A stretch of 64,000 bases of DNA, from NCBI GenBank assembly GCA_951406725.2, contig OX597833.1, forward strand, positions 24,242,001 through 24,306,000. Reading direction: 5' to 3'. Made by a program: the position numbers and the translations under genes. The notes beneath the pieces were generated by a model. The model was not told the origin of the DNA, did no database searches, and saw only the letters and a program-made list of their open reading frames with translations. The DNA is from Octopus vulgaris. Lineage: Eukaryota. Below are positions 13,044 through 27,559 of the stretch, in pieces (position 1 is the stretch's first letter; the number at the start of each line of letters is the position of its first letter).

Positions 13044-13375
13044 AATTTAAATATATATATATATATATAAATTTAAAACAATTTCACACCAGTGGTCTAG
13101 CATATAAAAAAAAATTGAAGGTTCAGTAAAATTGCATTATATATATTCATCCGGACGGTCGTACCGATGATCTACGGGCATTTATGTAAGTAAAATTACG
13201 TAATATGTTAATAGTGAAATATGTATGCGAATAATCCATATTTTTATTGCTTTTTCTTTTGTCTTGCTCGATTACGTTTTGGTTGTTTTGCTAAATTTTT
13301 CTTGAGAACCTTTCTTAGTGGTGAGACCATAGCGGATCTATTTCTAGCATAAGGGTGTCCACATAGTGGTTTCCC

Positions 13376-13425
<50 letters not shown>

Positions 13426-14198
13426 TAGTGCTGATTATCGTTCATACATACGAGGCTGAATTTCCTTGTTTGGGACAAACAAGAAAAAGTATGTACTGTC
13501 ATAGAAATCAGCTGAGTTTAAATTGAAAGAGGATAACTATAGACAAGTGTTTCGAAACTCCCAGCTTCTACAAGCACATTATGAATTCACATACCAACAC
13601 TTGGTTTTGTTATAAATGCCTCAGTGACAATGTGGAAAACTTGAGTTTTCAGTCAGCTAGCTTGCTCATCACAAATACAATCTGTAAACGGAACAGTAAA
13701 AATTTACAAGACTTTTCTGAAGTTCAGAATCTGATTTTGCCTTTGTTATCTACATTCCAACGACGGAACTTTGTATCTATGTTAAAAACCAGTTCCTTTC
13801 TTACAGATTATTAAAAATAGAAGAGATCATACATACATGCATATTCATACACATACATGCACACATACATATATGACTTAAGTGCTACCAAGTGTTTACT
13901 GTTGTCTAAGTTCAGAAAAACTTAAGTAATCTACGCTACAACAGTGATTAAAAGTATTAAGCCTATTTTTCACACCCAATCTGCTTTCGTTTCTAATTAC
14001 TGATATAGCTGTACCATGTCTGAGGCTATATTTCACATAAAACCAAGTGTCGAAAAACACTGAGGGGAACGAGGATTATGAAGAGAATTTTATGTGTCAA
14101 ATTAAATTTTAAAAGTGTTTTAATTAGAGAAATAATGTGGAAAGGAAAGGAGGAAAGTGTAGAAGTGAAATGTTATTAGAATCATATATATATGTATG

Positions 14199-14265
<67 letters not shown>

Positions 14266-14840
14266 AATGTATATATATATGCAGTATATAGATACACAAT
14301 ATATATTCAACACACACACACGCACGCACGCACGGACACACACAGACATACACACACACACACACACACGCATTTTTTTCTCACCAAAATATACAATTAG
14401 AACACAAAACTCTAAAAATGGGTGACACTAAGAGAGAGGTTAAAGACGAAATACTTTTTATACCGTGCTTATACATTTATAAATGCATATATACATACAC
14501 ACATCTATATATACATACACTCACGGGGTATATATATATACGTATATATATATACATACACACACACACATACACTCAGGGGTGAGTGACATGTGGAGGA
14601 GTGAGAGTGAGAGAGAGGAGAGAGAGGGAATAAGAGAGAGTTTGGAAGAGAGGGAGATGGAGGGAATGAAAATTGATTGAGAGAGAGGGAGGAAAAGGGA
14701 TGACGATGAGAGATGAGATAGAGGGTGAGAGAACGATAGGTCAATCAAAATTGACAGACAGCCCTATATATAGAGAGAACATACATATATACGTGAGGAT
14801 AAATAGATATATAAATAGAGAGAAGGAGAGAGAGAGAGAA

Positions 14841-14871
<31 letters not shown>

Positions 14872-15379
14872 AAGAGAGAGAGAAGGGGAGAGGAAGATGG
14901 AGAAAGAGACGGTGATGATTGTGTTGTGAGATAGAAGACAGACGTGTGACCTCAATGAAAACAACAAACAACTATTTAGCTACAGTAACAACACATTGTT
15001 AGGTTTATGACAAATTTGCTTCGGACAAAATTACTTAGCGGCATTTGTTGTAACTCATATGTTTTGAATTCAAATTCCGCTTAGGTTAACCTTGCTTTTT
15101 ATCACGCCGTTGTCAATAAAACAGAATAGATGCCTTGTGCCGGGGTCGATGTATCGTCTTTCCTCCTCCCTTCAAAATTGCTGGCTTTGTGACTGAATTA
15201 GAAAAGTTACTATGTTAGGTTAAGCAATAGAAGCGTGTACAAAAGTCCCGAAAATCTGCTTGGATGTTTCCAGCAGAGAGATATTGAATGGAATTCCAGA
15301 ATGTGCAAGTGTGAATGTTCCAGTTTTTCTCAGGACATTCGTTAGACTAGCTGAAACAAATAGCATAGGGTGATCACAA

Positions 15380-16300
15380 TTTAAGCTGGTCATCTATACA
15401 GACCACAATTTTGTGATCTGCATAGTCGACTTAGGACTCATAAACAGAGAGCCGGCAACTAGAAGTTGAATGCGTCTTTCTCGATTCGCAAATACTACAG
15501 AGACCTGATTAGCGAGCTAGTCAAGCAGTATTTCACAGCAGCAATAGTCAACATTAGGTAGTGGAAAACCTTGAAGAGGGCAATTAAGTGAGCCGACGGT
15601 GCTTAGTACAGAGCATGTTATAGAGGGAAATAGATTAGAAGTGTGGCTAATTAGTAAACTAGAAGTGGCAATTGGAAATGGCATTGCGACCAATGTGCTA
15701 GTGACAGGAATGGCTCCTGACAATTTTTTCAACGCGAAACACGAAGGCTGCGTCGTTAGAGTTAGAGTACTTACGCTAAAACTAGAAGGAACAAAAACCA
15801 TTCTATAGGCAAGGTGGTGGAGGCACGACATGGCAACAAAGCTATAATTTGATCTACAACGGACCAGGTCACGTACGTGCCGCTCAGTTTCAAGCAGATG
15901 TATGAGACATTCCAATAACACTTTGCTCAACTATACGGAACAAGCGATTTTTCTCGTGCACGGCCACACAATACCTTCCGTATCTCGGCAGGAGAGGTTA
16001 GGTACTGCGAAAGGCCCATCACAGTAGCTGAGACACAGGAGGTATTGCGTGGCCCTGCAAAAGACAAATCGCTCAGCTTGGATAGTCTGCTCTATGAGCT
16101 TTATGGTTGTATGCCAAATATATTGACGACTTCTTAGCAAACATCTTTCGCAACTGGCAACAAAAAGGGAGAATTCCCAGCTCTGTGAGCCGGGGCGTGT
16201 TACTGTTGCTGAGAATGACAACAAAGGAGTTATTATAGAGAATCTCATATTGCAGGTAAACGTACTTGTAGGGCTATCAAATAATTCTCGTAAACCCCAA
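15380..16300 (+). mobile_element. Decayed L1/Tx1-clade LINE ORF2 (end of AP endonuclease through start of RT)
   Basis: YTDHNFV (SDH motif), N*KLNAS (WKLN), EARHGNKAII, MYETFQ*HFAQLYG, and DKSLSLDSLLYELY (KSPG.DG.P.E.Y). Confidence 0.75.
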
Positions 16301-16515
16301 CACCCCACAAAAAAGGAAAGAAAACATAAGAAAGCAAACTAACAGAAATTCTTCGCTGCGAAATACATGCTCTTTTGAAGAAGGAAAATATTTCACATTT
16401 TTGTGGAGAATAATACTGGCAATACGTTTAGTAAAAATAACAAATACAACACTCTGTCTCTTTCACTCTTTTTTCTTTTCTTCTCTTTCTTTCTGTCTTT
16501 CTGTCTTTCTTTCTT

Positions 16516-16568
<53 letters not shown>

Positions 16569-17688
16569 TACACACTCATGCACTCGTACACACGACCACT
16601 TTTTCAAATAAATGTATCGATCGAAATTCAAGTGGTAGGCTAGATTCGACTTTAGTAAACAATTTGAAACAGGCAAAGTTCCGATAAGAAACATTTAAAA
16701 GGACAAGCTACATAATAGCATTATGTTTTTCTCTCCAAAGTTATGACAGGGAGAAGGATGTGTCTTATCTGTGCATTGACAAAAACCTAGGTGGATTTCA
16801 TGGGACCTGCCAAAGACAGCTGGAACCAGACTTACATCGGTCGAGAGAGGATATATGGCATAATATGTGTTGTTTTAAAACTAAGTGTGGGATGAACCGA
16901 TATACACAATCAAAGCATCATACGTCGGTTTTTTAATTAATATCCCAGTATTTGATGTTTGACAGACACTGACGCAGGCATTGACCTTGGTTCTCGGCCG
17001 CCATAGCTGCACAATATTTGCAGGTGGTCAGTGGTGGCGTGAGACATTTAGCCCCATGTGATAGGCGGGATCGCGGAGGACATAAAAGCTCTCATGACGT
17101 AACCAGACAACAAAACGATTCTAGTGTTGTGTCACTTGTAGTGGGTGCCGAAAGAAAGGCGTTAGAAATGTTCGTTTAGGGTAGAGAGCCTAGCTGCTAT
17201 ACAAGTGGCACTAAAGGTGATATAAGAGCTTTCTGCTCTGAAAACGTTTAAAAAAAGAAACTTCAATAACAATAGCAGCATTATCAGGCCAGGAAGGTTT
17301 CTATTCCTTGGATGTCACAAGCCGTAGCACTGGAAATGTCAAATGGAATCGCTTCCATTTCAATTCGAACCCCATCGTCCAGTGACAATAAAAAGAAAAT
17401 TGGAAGTAAGCAAGCAACGGCAAAGGAAAGAAAAGAAAAAAAATTACTTTTTAAAAGATACACGACACATGTTTCAAAAACTTAAGGTAGTGAAAGTGTT
17501 TACACAAAAAATTTTTCCCTTCTCTTTTAAGTGATTTTTAAATATAGTTGATAAATTTTAAGTTGAGAAAACTTTTTCAACATACATACATACATACATA
17601 ATAAATTATGTATATTATAGATATATAATTCTCTATATATATTGTTTATAAATACATATGCATTTTATGTGAGTGTGTGCGTGTGTAT

Positions 17689-17746
<58 letters not shown>

Positions 17747-17747
17747 T

Positions 17748-18120
17748 ATTTTACTTGTTTCAGTCATTTGACTGCGGCCATGCTGGATCAGCGCCTTTAG
17801 TCGAACAAATTGACACCAGGATTTATTCTTTGTTAGCCTAGTACTTATTTTATCGGTTTCTATTGTCGAATCGCTAAGTTACGGGGACGTAAACACACAA
17901 GCATCGGTTGTCAAGCGATATTGGGGGGACAAACACACACACACATATATATATACGACGGGCTTCTTTCAGTTTTCATCTACCAAATCCACTCAGAAGG
18001 CTTTGGTCGGCCCGAGGCTATAGTAGAAGACACTTGCCCAAGCTGCCACGCAGTGAGACTAAACCCGGGACCATGTGGTTGGTAAGCAAGTAAGCTACTT
18101 ACCACACAGCCACTCCTACG

Positions 18121-18122
<2 letters not shown>
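17748..18122 (-). mobile_element. Near full-length family B SINE
   Basis: tRNA-like head, CTTGGGCAAGTGTCTTCTACTATAGCC central block, internal microsatellite and conserved tail CAGCATGGCCGCAGTCAAATGACTGAAAC. Confidence 0.9.
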
Positions 18123-18174
<52 letters not shown>

Positions 18175-18361
18175 TGTCCCCCAACATCGCTTGACAACCG
18201 ATGCTGGTGTCTATAATTTATGTATGTATATATATACATATATATATATAATGCATATAGTATAAAAATATTAAAGCATTATATATAAAGTGTAAATATA
18301 TATATTAAATGATGTATAGATATATACATAAATTATTTGATATTTGATTTGTGTGTGTGTA

Positions 18362-18420
<59 letters not shown>

Positions 18421-18784
18421 ACACACTTACACACAAAGCAGTTAATAAAGAGTTCATAAATCAGTTGAAAAGTTATAAGTGAAATTATAAGCAATAATTA
18501 AAACTTGACAACCACCAAAGCGTGTAATCAGTTTTTATATTCGTATTTTTAGGGGCTTATATTCGTATTTTAGGGGTTTCGTTGTTATTTTTGTCTTTTT
18601 TAAACCAAAGTAAACACGCATTCCTGTCGTAATCCGGGATGTAAATTTTAGTAGGGAGTTCAAATATATGATACTTTCATCGTATTTAGCACAGGACTTC
18701 CTATTTTAGTAAAGTATCGCAAAGCATTTTGTTCGGTGCCTGTGTCCTTTCTGTCATACCTATTTATTATTATTATTATTATTA

Positions 18785-19367
18785 CTTTTTTTTTCTTCTT
18801 TCAAATTTGCTTCCATTTCTTGCCGAGTGTCTTCCCGACTCCTAGGGCAAAGAAACTCATAGTATACATTGGTAGGCCATTAAACTAAACTCAATAGTTC
18901 GTTCATTTTTTATTTTTTAAGTTAAATTAAAATACATGGGTAGTAATAATTCTCACATCGACAATGCTCTTCTCAATACGTGTGATGTACCAGTTAAGAC
19001 AATCTTTTGCACTTCTTGCAGGGATGGTAAGCCAGGGATCATTCTCATATAATTTTCGGTTCCCTTCTTCATCATTCCTAGTGCTCCTACGATCACTGGT
19101 ATTGTAAGCGCCTTGAGATGTCACATTTTCTCAATTTCAATGAGTAGGTTTTTATATTTTCTGAGCTTGTCAAACTCTTTCGCTGAGATATTATGATCAC
19201 AGTGGATGCTCATGTCGATCAATAAGCAAACTTTATTGTTTTGGTCTTTCACAACAATATCTGGTTTATTGGCCTTGATGGTTCGGTCTGTATGTACTGG
19301 AAAGTCCCACAGAATCGTTACATTTTCTCCTTCAGTTACAGCCTCAGGGTGGGGATTATACCACTTG
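18785..19367 (-). mobile_element. 3' end of an R4/Dong element (same family as 341-1490) inserted in (AAT)n
   Basis: KWYNPHPEAVTEGENVTILWDFPVHTDRTIKANKPDIVVKDQNNKVCLLIDMS...KLRKYK. It shares the 3' UTR GGAGTC.GGAA.ACACTCGGCAAGAAATGGAA and has (ATT)n on both sides. Confidence 0.9.
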
Positions 19368-19369
19368 TA

Positions 19370-19433
<64 letters not shown>

Positions 19434-19986
19434 GACTGAGAGAGCAGTGCATGCCATCAAAGTGACACTGGGGTAAAATAAACGAAGCCCAGTATACCCA
19501 TCATGACTACCCATCTGATAAGGGTACACTAGGCACATGCATCACAACCATATGTGCTCGACATGGTGATCTCATATCAAGATAAACAACACATGACCTT
19601 GCAGGTGGTGTCCAGTTAGAATTTTCGTCTGGTCGAGTAGCCCATCCCACTCAAAAGGTCCCTGAATAAGAATTGTTTAAAGATGTTGAACGAACCACTC
19701 ATGTTTCCAAAGTTGAATTATCCAAACCTTTAAGAATTCCTTTCAACACATAGCTATGATGCTCCCCCGCTACTTCTGCTCGTGATCAGAGACGCACATA
19801 TCGTCAACCACTAAGTGACATGCTCAACTAGTTAAGGTCAAATAACTGACAAGCAAGTCTGTGGTATTGAGCAGAATATTTGCTGTAGCCCATCTTTTAT
19901 ACCAAGACAAAACAATATACACGATAACACTTCCAGTCAGTTAAGATCAGAAACACGAGAGCCACTGCCTGGTGCTGCATCATGGC

Positions 19987-19990
<4 letters not shown>
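19434..19990. mobile_element. About 555 bp non-coding interspersed element, copy 1
   Basis: Full-length inverted homologue of 20787-21341. Both ends abut (ATT)n. Confidence 0.85.
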
Positions 19991-20029
<39 letters not shown>

Positions 20030-20149
20030 GTAGTAGTAGTAGTAGTCGTAGTAGTAGTAAGGTTTATGTAGCTTAGGCACATGATCCCACATTTTGTCGG
20101 GGTGGATGATTGTATTCGCTAATATCATTGAGTACATGAAAGGTACTTT

Positions 20150-20525
20150 ATTTTATTGCCAGAGAACGAAAGAGAAAGGAAAGGAAAAGTGCCGTAGCCA
20201 AATGCCACTAAATAATAAAGCAGACACTTTGCTGGGAGGATAAAAGGCAAAGTCAATCTGAGCGGAACTTGAACTCAAGAAAATAAAGACGGACGAAATA
20301 CCTATTTCTTTATTACCCACAAGGGGATAAACACAGAGAGGACAAACAAGGACAGACAAACGGATGAAGTCGATTATATCGACCCCAGTGCGTAACTGGT
20401 ACTTATTTAATCGACCCAGAAAGGATGAAAGGCAAAGTCGACCTCGGCGGAATTTAAACTCAGAACGTAGCGGCAGACGAAATACCGTTAAGCATTTTGT
20501 CTGGGCGCTAGCGATTCTGTCTTCT
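20150..20525 (-). mobile_element. Family A SINE pair (composite)
   Basis: Two GGCAAAGTC...GAACTCA units joined by a CCCACAAGGGG...GGACAAACAAGGACAGACAAAC segment that is also seen at 21945-21990. Confidence 0.8.
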
Positions 20526-20748
20526 AATAATAATTACTTCAATTTTAGACTCAAAGGCAGTAGTTTTGTAATTATTGGGGCTATTCGCTACCGTCAAAAC
20601 TCTATACTTAAAGGATGCTCTACTTTATAGATCTCGGAATGATGAATGGTAAATTTTGCATCAGCGGAAATATGAAAGTAAAGACCCGGATGACAAAACA
20701 TGAGTTACTTTGCCTGACTCCGCAACCCCTCTGCTTTTTTCCACCTGC

Positions 20749-20783
<35 letters not shown>

Positions 20784-20786
20784 TAA

Positions 20787-21341
20787 TTGCCCTAATGCAG
20801 TACCAGGCAGTGGCTCTCACGGTTTCTGATCTTAACTTATTGGAAGTGTTATCATTTACATTGTTTGCCTTGGTATAAAAGATGGGCTACATCAAATATT
20901 CTGCTCAATACCACAGATTTGCTTGTCAGTTGTTTGACCATAACCAGTTGAGCACGTCCCTTAGTGGCTAACGATATGTGCATCTCTGATCACGAGCAGA
21001 AGTAGTGGAGGAGCATCATAGCCATGTGTTGAGAGGGATTCTTTGGGGTTTGAATAATTCACCTCTGGAAACATGGGTGTTTCGTTCAATATCCTTAAAC
21101 AGCCTTTATTCAGGGACCTTTTGAGTGAGATGGGCTACTCGACCAGAAGGAAATTGTAACTGGGCCCCACCTGCAAGGTCATGTGTTGTTTATCTTGATA
21201 TGAGATCACCATGTTGCGCACATATGGTTGTGATGCATGTGCCTAGTGTACCCCTATCAGACAGGCAGTCATGATGGGTATACTGGGCTTCGTCTATTTT
21301 ACCCCAGTGTCACTTTGATGGCATGCACTGCTCTCTCAGTC
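20787..21341. mobile_element. About 555 bp non-coding interspersed element, copy 2 (inverted relative to copy 1)
   Basis: Reverse-complement match to 19434-19990, flanked by (AAT)n. Confidence 0.85.
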
Positions 21342-21390
<49 letters not shown>

Positions 21391-21438
21391 GTAATAATAA
21401 TAATAATAATAATAATTTCTACTAAGGGGCATAACGTC

Positions 21439-21534
<96 letters not shown>

Positions 21535-21541
21535 TTAATAA

Positions 21542-22260
21542 TTTCTACTAAGGGGCATAACGTCTGAAATTTGGGGGAGGAGTATAGTAAATTACATTGA
21601 CTCCAGTATTCAACTGATACTTATTTTATTAACCTCTAAAGGATGAAAGGTAAAGTCGACCTCAACGGAATTTGAACTCAAAACGTAAAAACGGACGAAA
21701 TGCCGTTAAGCATTTTGCCCGGCGTGCCAACGATTTTGCCAGCTCAACTCGCCACCTTAACAATAATAATAATAATCCTTTCAACTAAAGGCACAAGGCC
21801 TGAAATTTAGGGGGAGGGAACTAGTCGATTACATCGACCATAATGTTTCACTGGTCCGAGCCCGAAAGGTTGAAAGGCAAAGTCGACCTCGGTGGAATTT
21901 GAACTCAGAACGTAGCGGCAGACGAAATACCTGTTTCGTTACGACCCACAAGGGGTTAAACGCAGAGAGGACAAACAAGGACAGACAAACGAATGAAGTC
22001 GATTATATCGACCCCAGTGCATAACTGGTACTTATTTAATAGATCCCGAAAGGATGAAAGGCAAAGTCGACCTCGGCGGAATTTGAACTCAGAACGTTAC
22101 GGCAGACGAAATACGGCTACGCATTTCGCCCGGCGTGCTAACGATTCTGCCAGCTCGCCGCCTTAACAACAACAACAACAACAACAATGGTTTCAACTTT
22201 TGGCACAAGGCCAGCAATTTCGTGGGAGGGGTAAGTCGATTAACTGGTACTTATTTTTAT
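21542..22260 (-). mobile_element. Cluster of about 4 family A SINEs
   Basis: The best-preserved head ends at 22162 (GGCGGCGAGCTGGCAGAATCGTTAGCACGCCGGGCG...GAGTTCAAATTCCGCCGAGG on the minus strand). Confidence 0.9.
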
Positions 22261-24104
22261 TCACCATGTCCTCCACGCAATAGCAGCAGTTTAACGTAAC
22301 TCTAAACTGTGATAGTGTGTGTCAGGATTGAGCTCTTGAACTTCTGATGTAGCCTTTGTGGCGGGCCTCCACTTGGGTGTAATGCAATGCGATGACTTTC
22401 GGCACTGATTCGGTCTTATCAATTCCATTCATAAGATTTCAATCGATTCGGAACTATAGTAAAAAATCAATTGTCTAAGTAGCTGCGCAGTGGGACCTCA
22501 TGAATTCAAAGAGGACTTAACCAATCCACCATGTGTATTTTAAATGCCTGAAAATGACTGTGCAACGAGATAATTTTTTTAAAATGTAATTTTAAAAGAA
22601 AAATACATAAATATATACACACGCATACACACACACACACATACACATACGCGCGCGCACACGCTCAAAAACAAACAGATACGCATACCCAGATACACGC
22701 GCATACATACGTACACACATACATACACACATACATACACACATAAACAGATACACATACCCACGCACACGCACGAACAAATGTATTGATGAAATTTCTA
22801 TCCGTGATTGACATTCTTCGAAATTGCTATTTTCTTCAAGTTTTCATTCTAAACCCCACCGTTTATCAACATTTAAATCTTAAATACTGTGGTATTAAGA
22901 CGAGTAACTGAAATTCCTCTGTTTTACATCTGTATGATGAATACGGAACAGGCTTTGAGCATTTCAGAAAAAATTCATCAAACAAACACTTAAAAATACC
23001 TATTTGGCCCTGAAATCAGACTTCAAAACCCAGCTTCAACAAATGAAACAGTAGTAATTGTAATATACTATCATGCAATCAGAACGTGACATTTGAACGA
23101 ATTCCGTTTGGAAGAAATTGAATGAAATGAACGAAAATGTTCCCAAGCACTCGGCAGAAGTATTAATTAAGAGAGGCATGTGTATTGAATGCAACATATT
23201 AAACCACAAGGGGCACAACAAACACTTAAGCCGTTCAAGAATTTGGACCTGGAGATCTCCATTTCCAGCGACTTCGTGGGCCACCTCTCAGTGGTGTCGG
23301 GCGTCAACGAAGAGCCCTCGACTACAACATGACGACAAAAGTTTTTTTTTCCAAGGTCTGGGGTCTCCGCCCCAAAACCCTAGACCATCATCTAATCACC
23401 CTTACCCGTCTTGTTGCTTAACAACAACAACAACAACAGCAAAAACAACAACAACAACTACAGCAACAACAAACACTTAATGATAAGTTAGTATATTTAT
23501 AGTTGTGACGCGTCTACATGACTAATACAGAGGACAAATAAACAGCTCTGAAAAACCACATGAAACGAACATGTGAAAATAACTGTTTAATAGTATGACG
23601 GGTCCTGCTTCTGCAAATCGATCTAGCGACTTAGACGTCTTAGACTAAATATAAGCAGACGAAATTATTCAAATTTAACGATTCTGCCATACAAACGTGT
23701 GAGACCGATTGGTCAAAAGAATATTGGTGGAATTTAAAAATTAAAACAATCACCAAGTTAAAACACAACCGGTATATGCTACAAATGGTCATGAATTCTG
23801 GGACTATAATAATTTGCAATACAACCTTACTACCAAGTAGGTAGCCGGTCAAAATTTACTCCAAAATTAGAGAAAATGAACATACATGCATACACACACA
23901 TTGAGAACTGTCCCGTTATAAAAGACAGATGAGGGTTCCGTAAATTCTTGCTGAACATTCTGCACAGACGATTTGCTTATGGTGATCACATATTTGGTTG
24001 TACATTATTTCGCGCTTTTCATCATATCGATGTTGCTAGTACAAGTGCGCGATGTCACACGTTCGATGTCGAAGTGATTGCAGATTAATGTGAAATGAAG
24101 TGTT

Positions 24105-25990
24105 TGTAGGCACTGTTACCTCCACTGACGGTAACTGTCTCAATAGCTCGCCGCTAGGTGGAGTGGCGTGTAACTTTGGAGTACTTGCCTCTTCCATGTT
24201 CCAAAGGAACCATACTCTGCGATGTTTCTACCGGGTCACCCCGACCCCTCGTTCCTGAGCATCCTGTTTTTGACGCTCTGCATTCGCTGTCACACCCAGG
24301 CATTGCAGCTACAGTAAAGCTTATCTCGGCTCGATTTTTCTGGCCGAATATGCGTCGGATTATTACTTCTTGGTAACGCGCCTGTCTACAGTGCCAACAC
24401 TCCAAGGTGTATTATCACGTTTGAGCATCTCTTGGACATTTCAACTCACTGGACACCAGGTTTTGACACATTCACATCAATCTGCTGGTTCCTTGGCCAG
24501 TCAGTTGTGGATTCACATATATCCTAACCTGCATTAACAGATTCTCTAGATGGCTTGAAGCCATTCCACTGGTTGACATTTCTGCAGAATAAGTTGCCAA
24601 ACTCCTCATTTTGAGTTGGATCGCTCGCTTTGGAGTACACTCCAGTATTACAACCGTTGGTGGACGCTAGTTTGAAGCTTGCCTGTTCCGCGAACTCTCG
24701 AGATTACTCGGAGTTCAGTATATTCACACGACGAGTTACCACCTGGCTGCAAACGGAATGGTGGAACGTTTCCATCGGCAGCTTAAAACCGCTCCCGACC
24801 CTCAACGCTGGTCTGAATTTCTTCCCATTGTCCTGCTGGATTGCCGATCAGCTGTAAAGGAGGATCTAGGCTTCTCCACTGCCAAACTTTTGTATGGCAC
24901 CACTTTGGCGCTACCTGGCCAAATGTTGGCGCCTGTCAACATGCCAAACGCGGATCCTGCATCATACATTACAAGACTCAGGTCATTCTTCGCTGAGCTA
25001 CCAACAATGCTTCCACGCAACCAGTCTGTGTATTCTGCAGTCCCTCCGGACATTTCCACATAGACTCATATATGCATACGGAATGATTCCGTCAAAGGAC
25101 CACTCACACCACCTTACTCATGTCCCTATCCGGTTCTTAAGAGGACGCCTAAATTGCTTACTGTGGACATTAGCGGTAAAAAAGCAGAGTGAAAAGAGCT
25201 TTTTCTGAAGCATGCACACCTCTCATACCTCTCGCAGACACACCTATCATACCACAGACACTTCCACTCTCACAGACATCTCCACCACCACAAGCACCTC
25301 CTCCACTCACTACCAAACGGACTTTGCAAACACATTCTTCTTCAACTTATATGACACGCCCGGGCTGATCGGTTCATTGGCCGAAGAAACTGTCCAAGAC
25401 AATTTATATTTCGTAACTTTGTTTTGTCATAAACTCTTCCGGTGAATCTACTCTTATGTTTGTTGTGCACACACTGCACGCATTTGTCTCTTCTCAGCAA
25501 CATTGTGCATTTCACACGCTTGCTTACAAACATATGTGCACATACACCATAAACACATTTTCTTTTCAGCAAAACTGTTCCTATTTTCAGACTTGCCAGT
25601 CGAAGACGAAAAAGTCTGTCTGTGTATCACACATTTTGTTCTCTTCACGAACATATTTTTTTTTCTGCATGTTTCTTCTATGTTTATAACTTTGCATTGT
25701 TCATACAACTGTATTGCCATACTTCATTTTCTGTCCCTTTCCCTCTCACACGTCCATTTCGCCTACCTTCATTTAGTCCGAGCGTTTGCAATCGGGTGGG
25801 GGTGAGGGTGGGGTATAGGCGCATTTACGTCCCCTGACGGTAATTGACTCAATAGCTCGCCGTTACGCGGAGTAGCGTGTAACTTTGGAATTCTGGGACT
25901 TGTCTCTCCTCCTTTTTCACCGCGGCTCACAGCACGCAAGACGTGACTTCCTCAGCTCCTAATTCCACCTTGGAAAGCACAACCACGAGA
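24105..25990 (+). mobile_element. Internally deleted Ty3/Gypsy LTR retrotransposon (integrase relic between LTR remnants)
   Basis: HSLSHPGIAATVKLISARFFWPNM...ACLQC (HHCC), YILTCINRFSRWLEAIPL, TTSYHLAANGMVERFHRQLK and PLTPPYSCPYPV (GPY-like). Direct repeat 24105-24180 vs 25814-25889, with a G-rich PPT-like tract just before 25814. The right end is uncertain. Confidence 0.88.
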
Positions 25991-26441
25991 CAAGCAACTG
26001 CAAGCAAACATTAAGCTACTATGACTTGGATTCCACAGAAGATGAACATGGTCTTCACATGCAAATATTTTGTATAAATTATACTACTTGTACATATCTG
26101 AGACCTCAAGTAAAAGGCATAAACACTACAACTTGGTTCTGAGATGTTCAATATATGGTGTTCTTTCTTCGCGAAAGGATATCTTCTTTCCCAGCCTTCT
26201 GAACGGGGCCGTTATTTAGATGGTTCTGCCACGCTAGGCCACATCACATATAAATGTTTTACTCGTGAACACAATGCATCGCCTGGTCGGGAAGCGAAAC
26301 CACGTTCTTACTATCGTGCGTGCAACAGCCTAGGATACGCACCTTCGCTTGAGAGAGATTGAATCTATGTTTGCATGTATGTATGTATGTATGTATGTAT
26401 GTATGTATGTATGTATGTATGTATGTATGTATGTATGTATG

Positions 26442-26485
<44 letters not shown>

Positions 26486-27296
26486 CATCTATCTATCCAT
26501 CTATCCGTCGACCTGTCTGTGTACGTGTCTGTCTATGTATCTTTGTATACACACACACATGCGCATTGTGTACAATTCTTCAAGGTCAAAATGAAACTAT
26601 ATATTAGACAATTATCTACCTCTTGATATTCATTTCATCCATTATCTGGAAACTGGGGTGAAAATCTAGTAGGTAAAGGCGGAAATCGATCCAAAATGCC
26701 TCTCTAATCCCTCCCTTATCTCTGATTTTATCACCCTTTTCTTCTTCCTCTATCTCTATCTATTTATTTCTATTCTCCTCCCCTATTTTACACCCTGCTG
26801 TACCAATCAGTATCACGAATATCTGGAGGATTGAGTGAATTTTAAGTAGGGTTCTCATGCAGTTAAGTACTTAAATATTTTAATGTTCCCTTTGATTATT
26901 AACAAATTCCTTCCACAGACCAGCCTTAAACTACCCCCTCTCTTTCTCTTTCACTTTCCATGAACCACCAATCCGAAACCCCTAATCAAACCGACCTTAG
27001 CGCTTACAAGTTAGGGGAAATCTTATACTTGAGACGTCCCTCTGATTTGTACCTATTGACCTCGCTAGATTGTAATTCTCTACTTCAATGAGACTGGATG
27101 AAAGCTTGTCTGCGCGTGCGCATATACATACATCTGTGTGCGTGTATTTGTATTTCTGAGGCAGATACAGAGAAATTGAGAAAGAAAGAGAGAGAAAGAG
27201 AGAGAGAGAGCGAGAGATAGAGAAAAGAGAGAAAAAAGAGAGAAGGAAAGAGAAAGAGAGAGAGAGAGAGAGAGAAAAGAGAGAAAAAAGAGAGAA

Positions 27297-27327
<31 letters not shown>

Positions 27328-27340
27328 AGGCTTACGTATC

Positions 27341-27375
<35 letters not shown>

Positions 27376-27559
27376 ATATGTAATACCTTTGGCAAGTGTC
27401 TTTGGCCGACCAAAGCCTCGTGAGTGGATCTCGTAGACGGAAACTGAAAAGAAACCCGTCGTATATATATGTATGTATGTATGTATGTATGGACAGAGAC
27501 TAACAACACTAATTGTAAGCGTTCGAGCGTCAAAACAACGAGGACCAAGGTTGGCTGAT

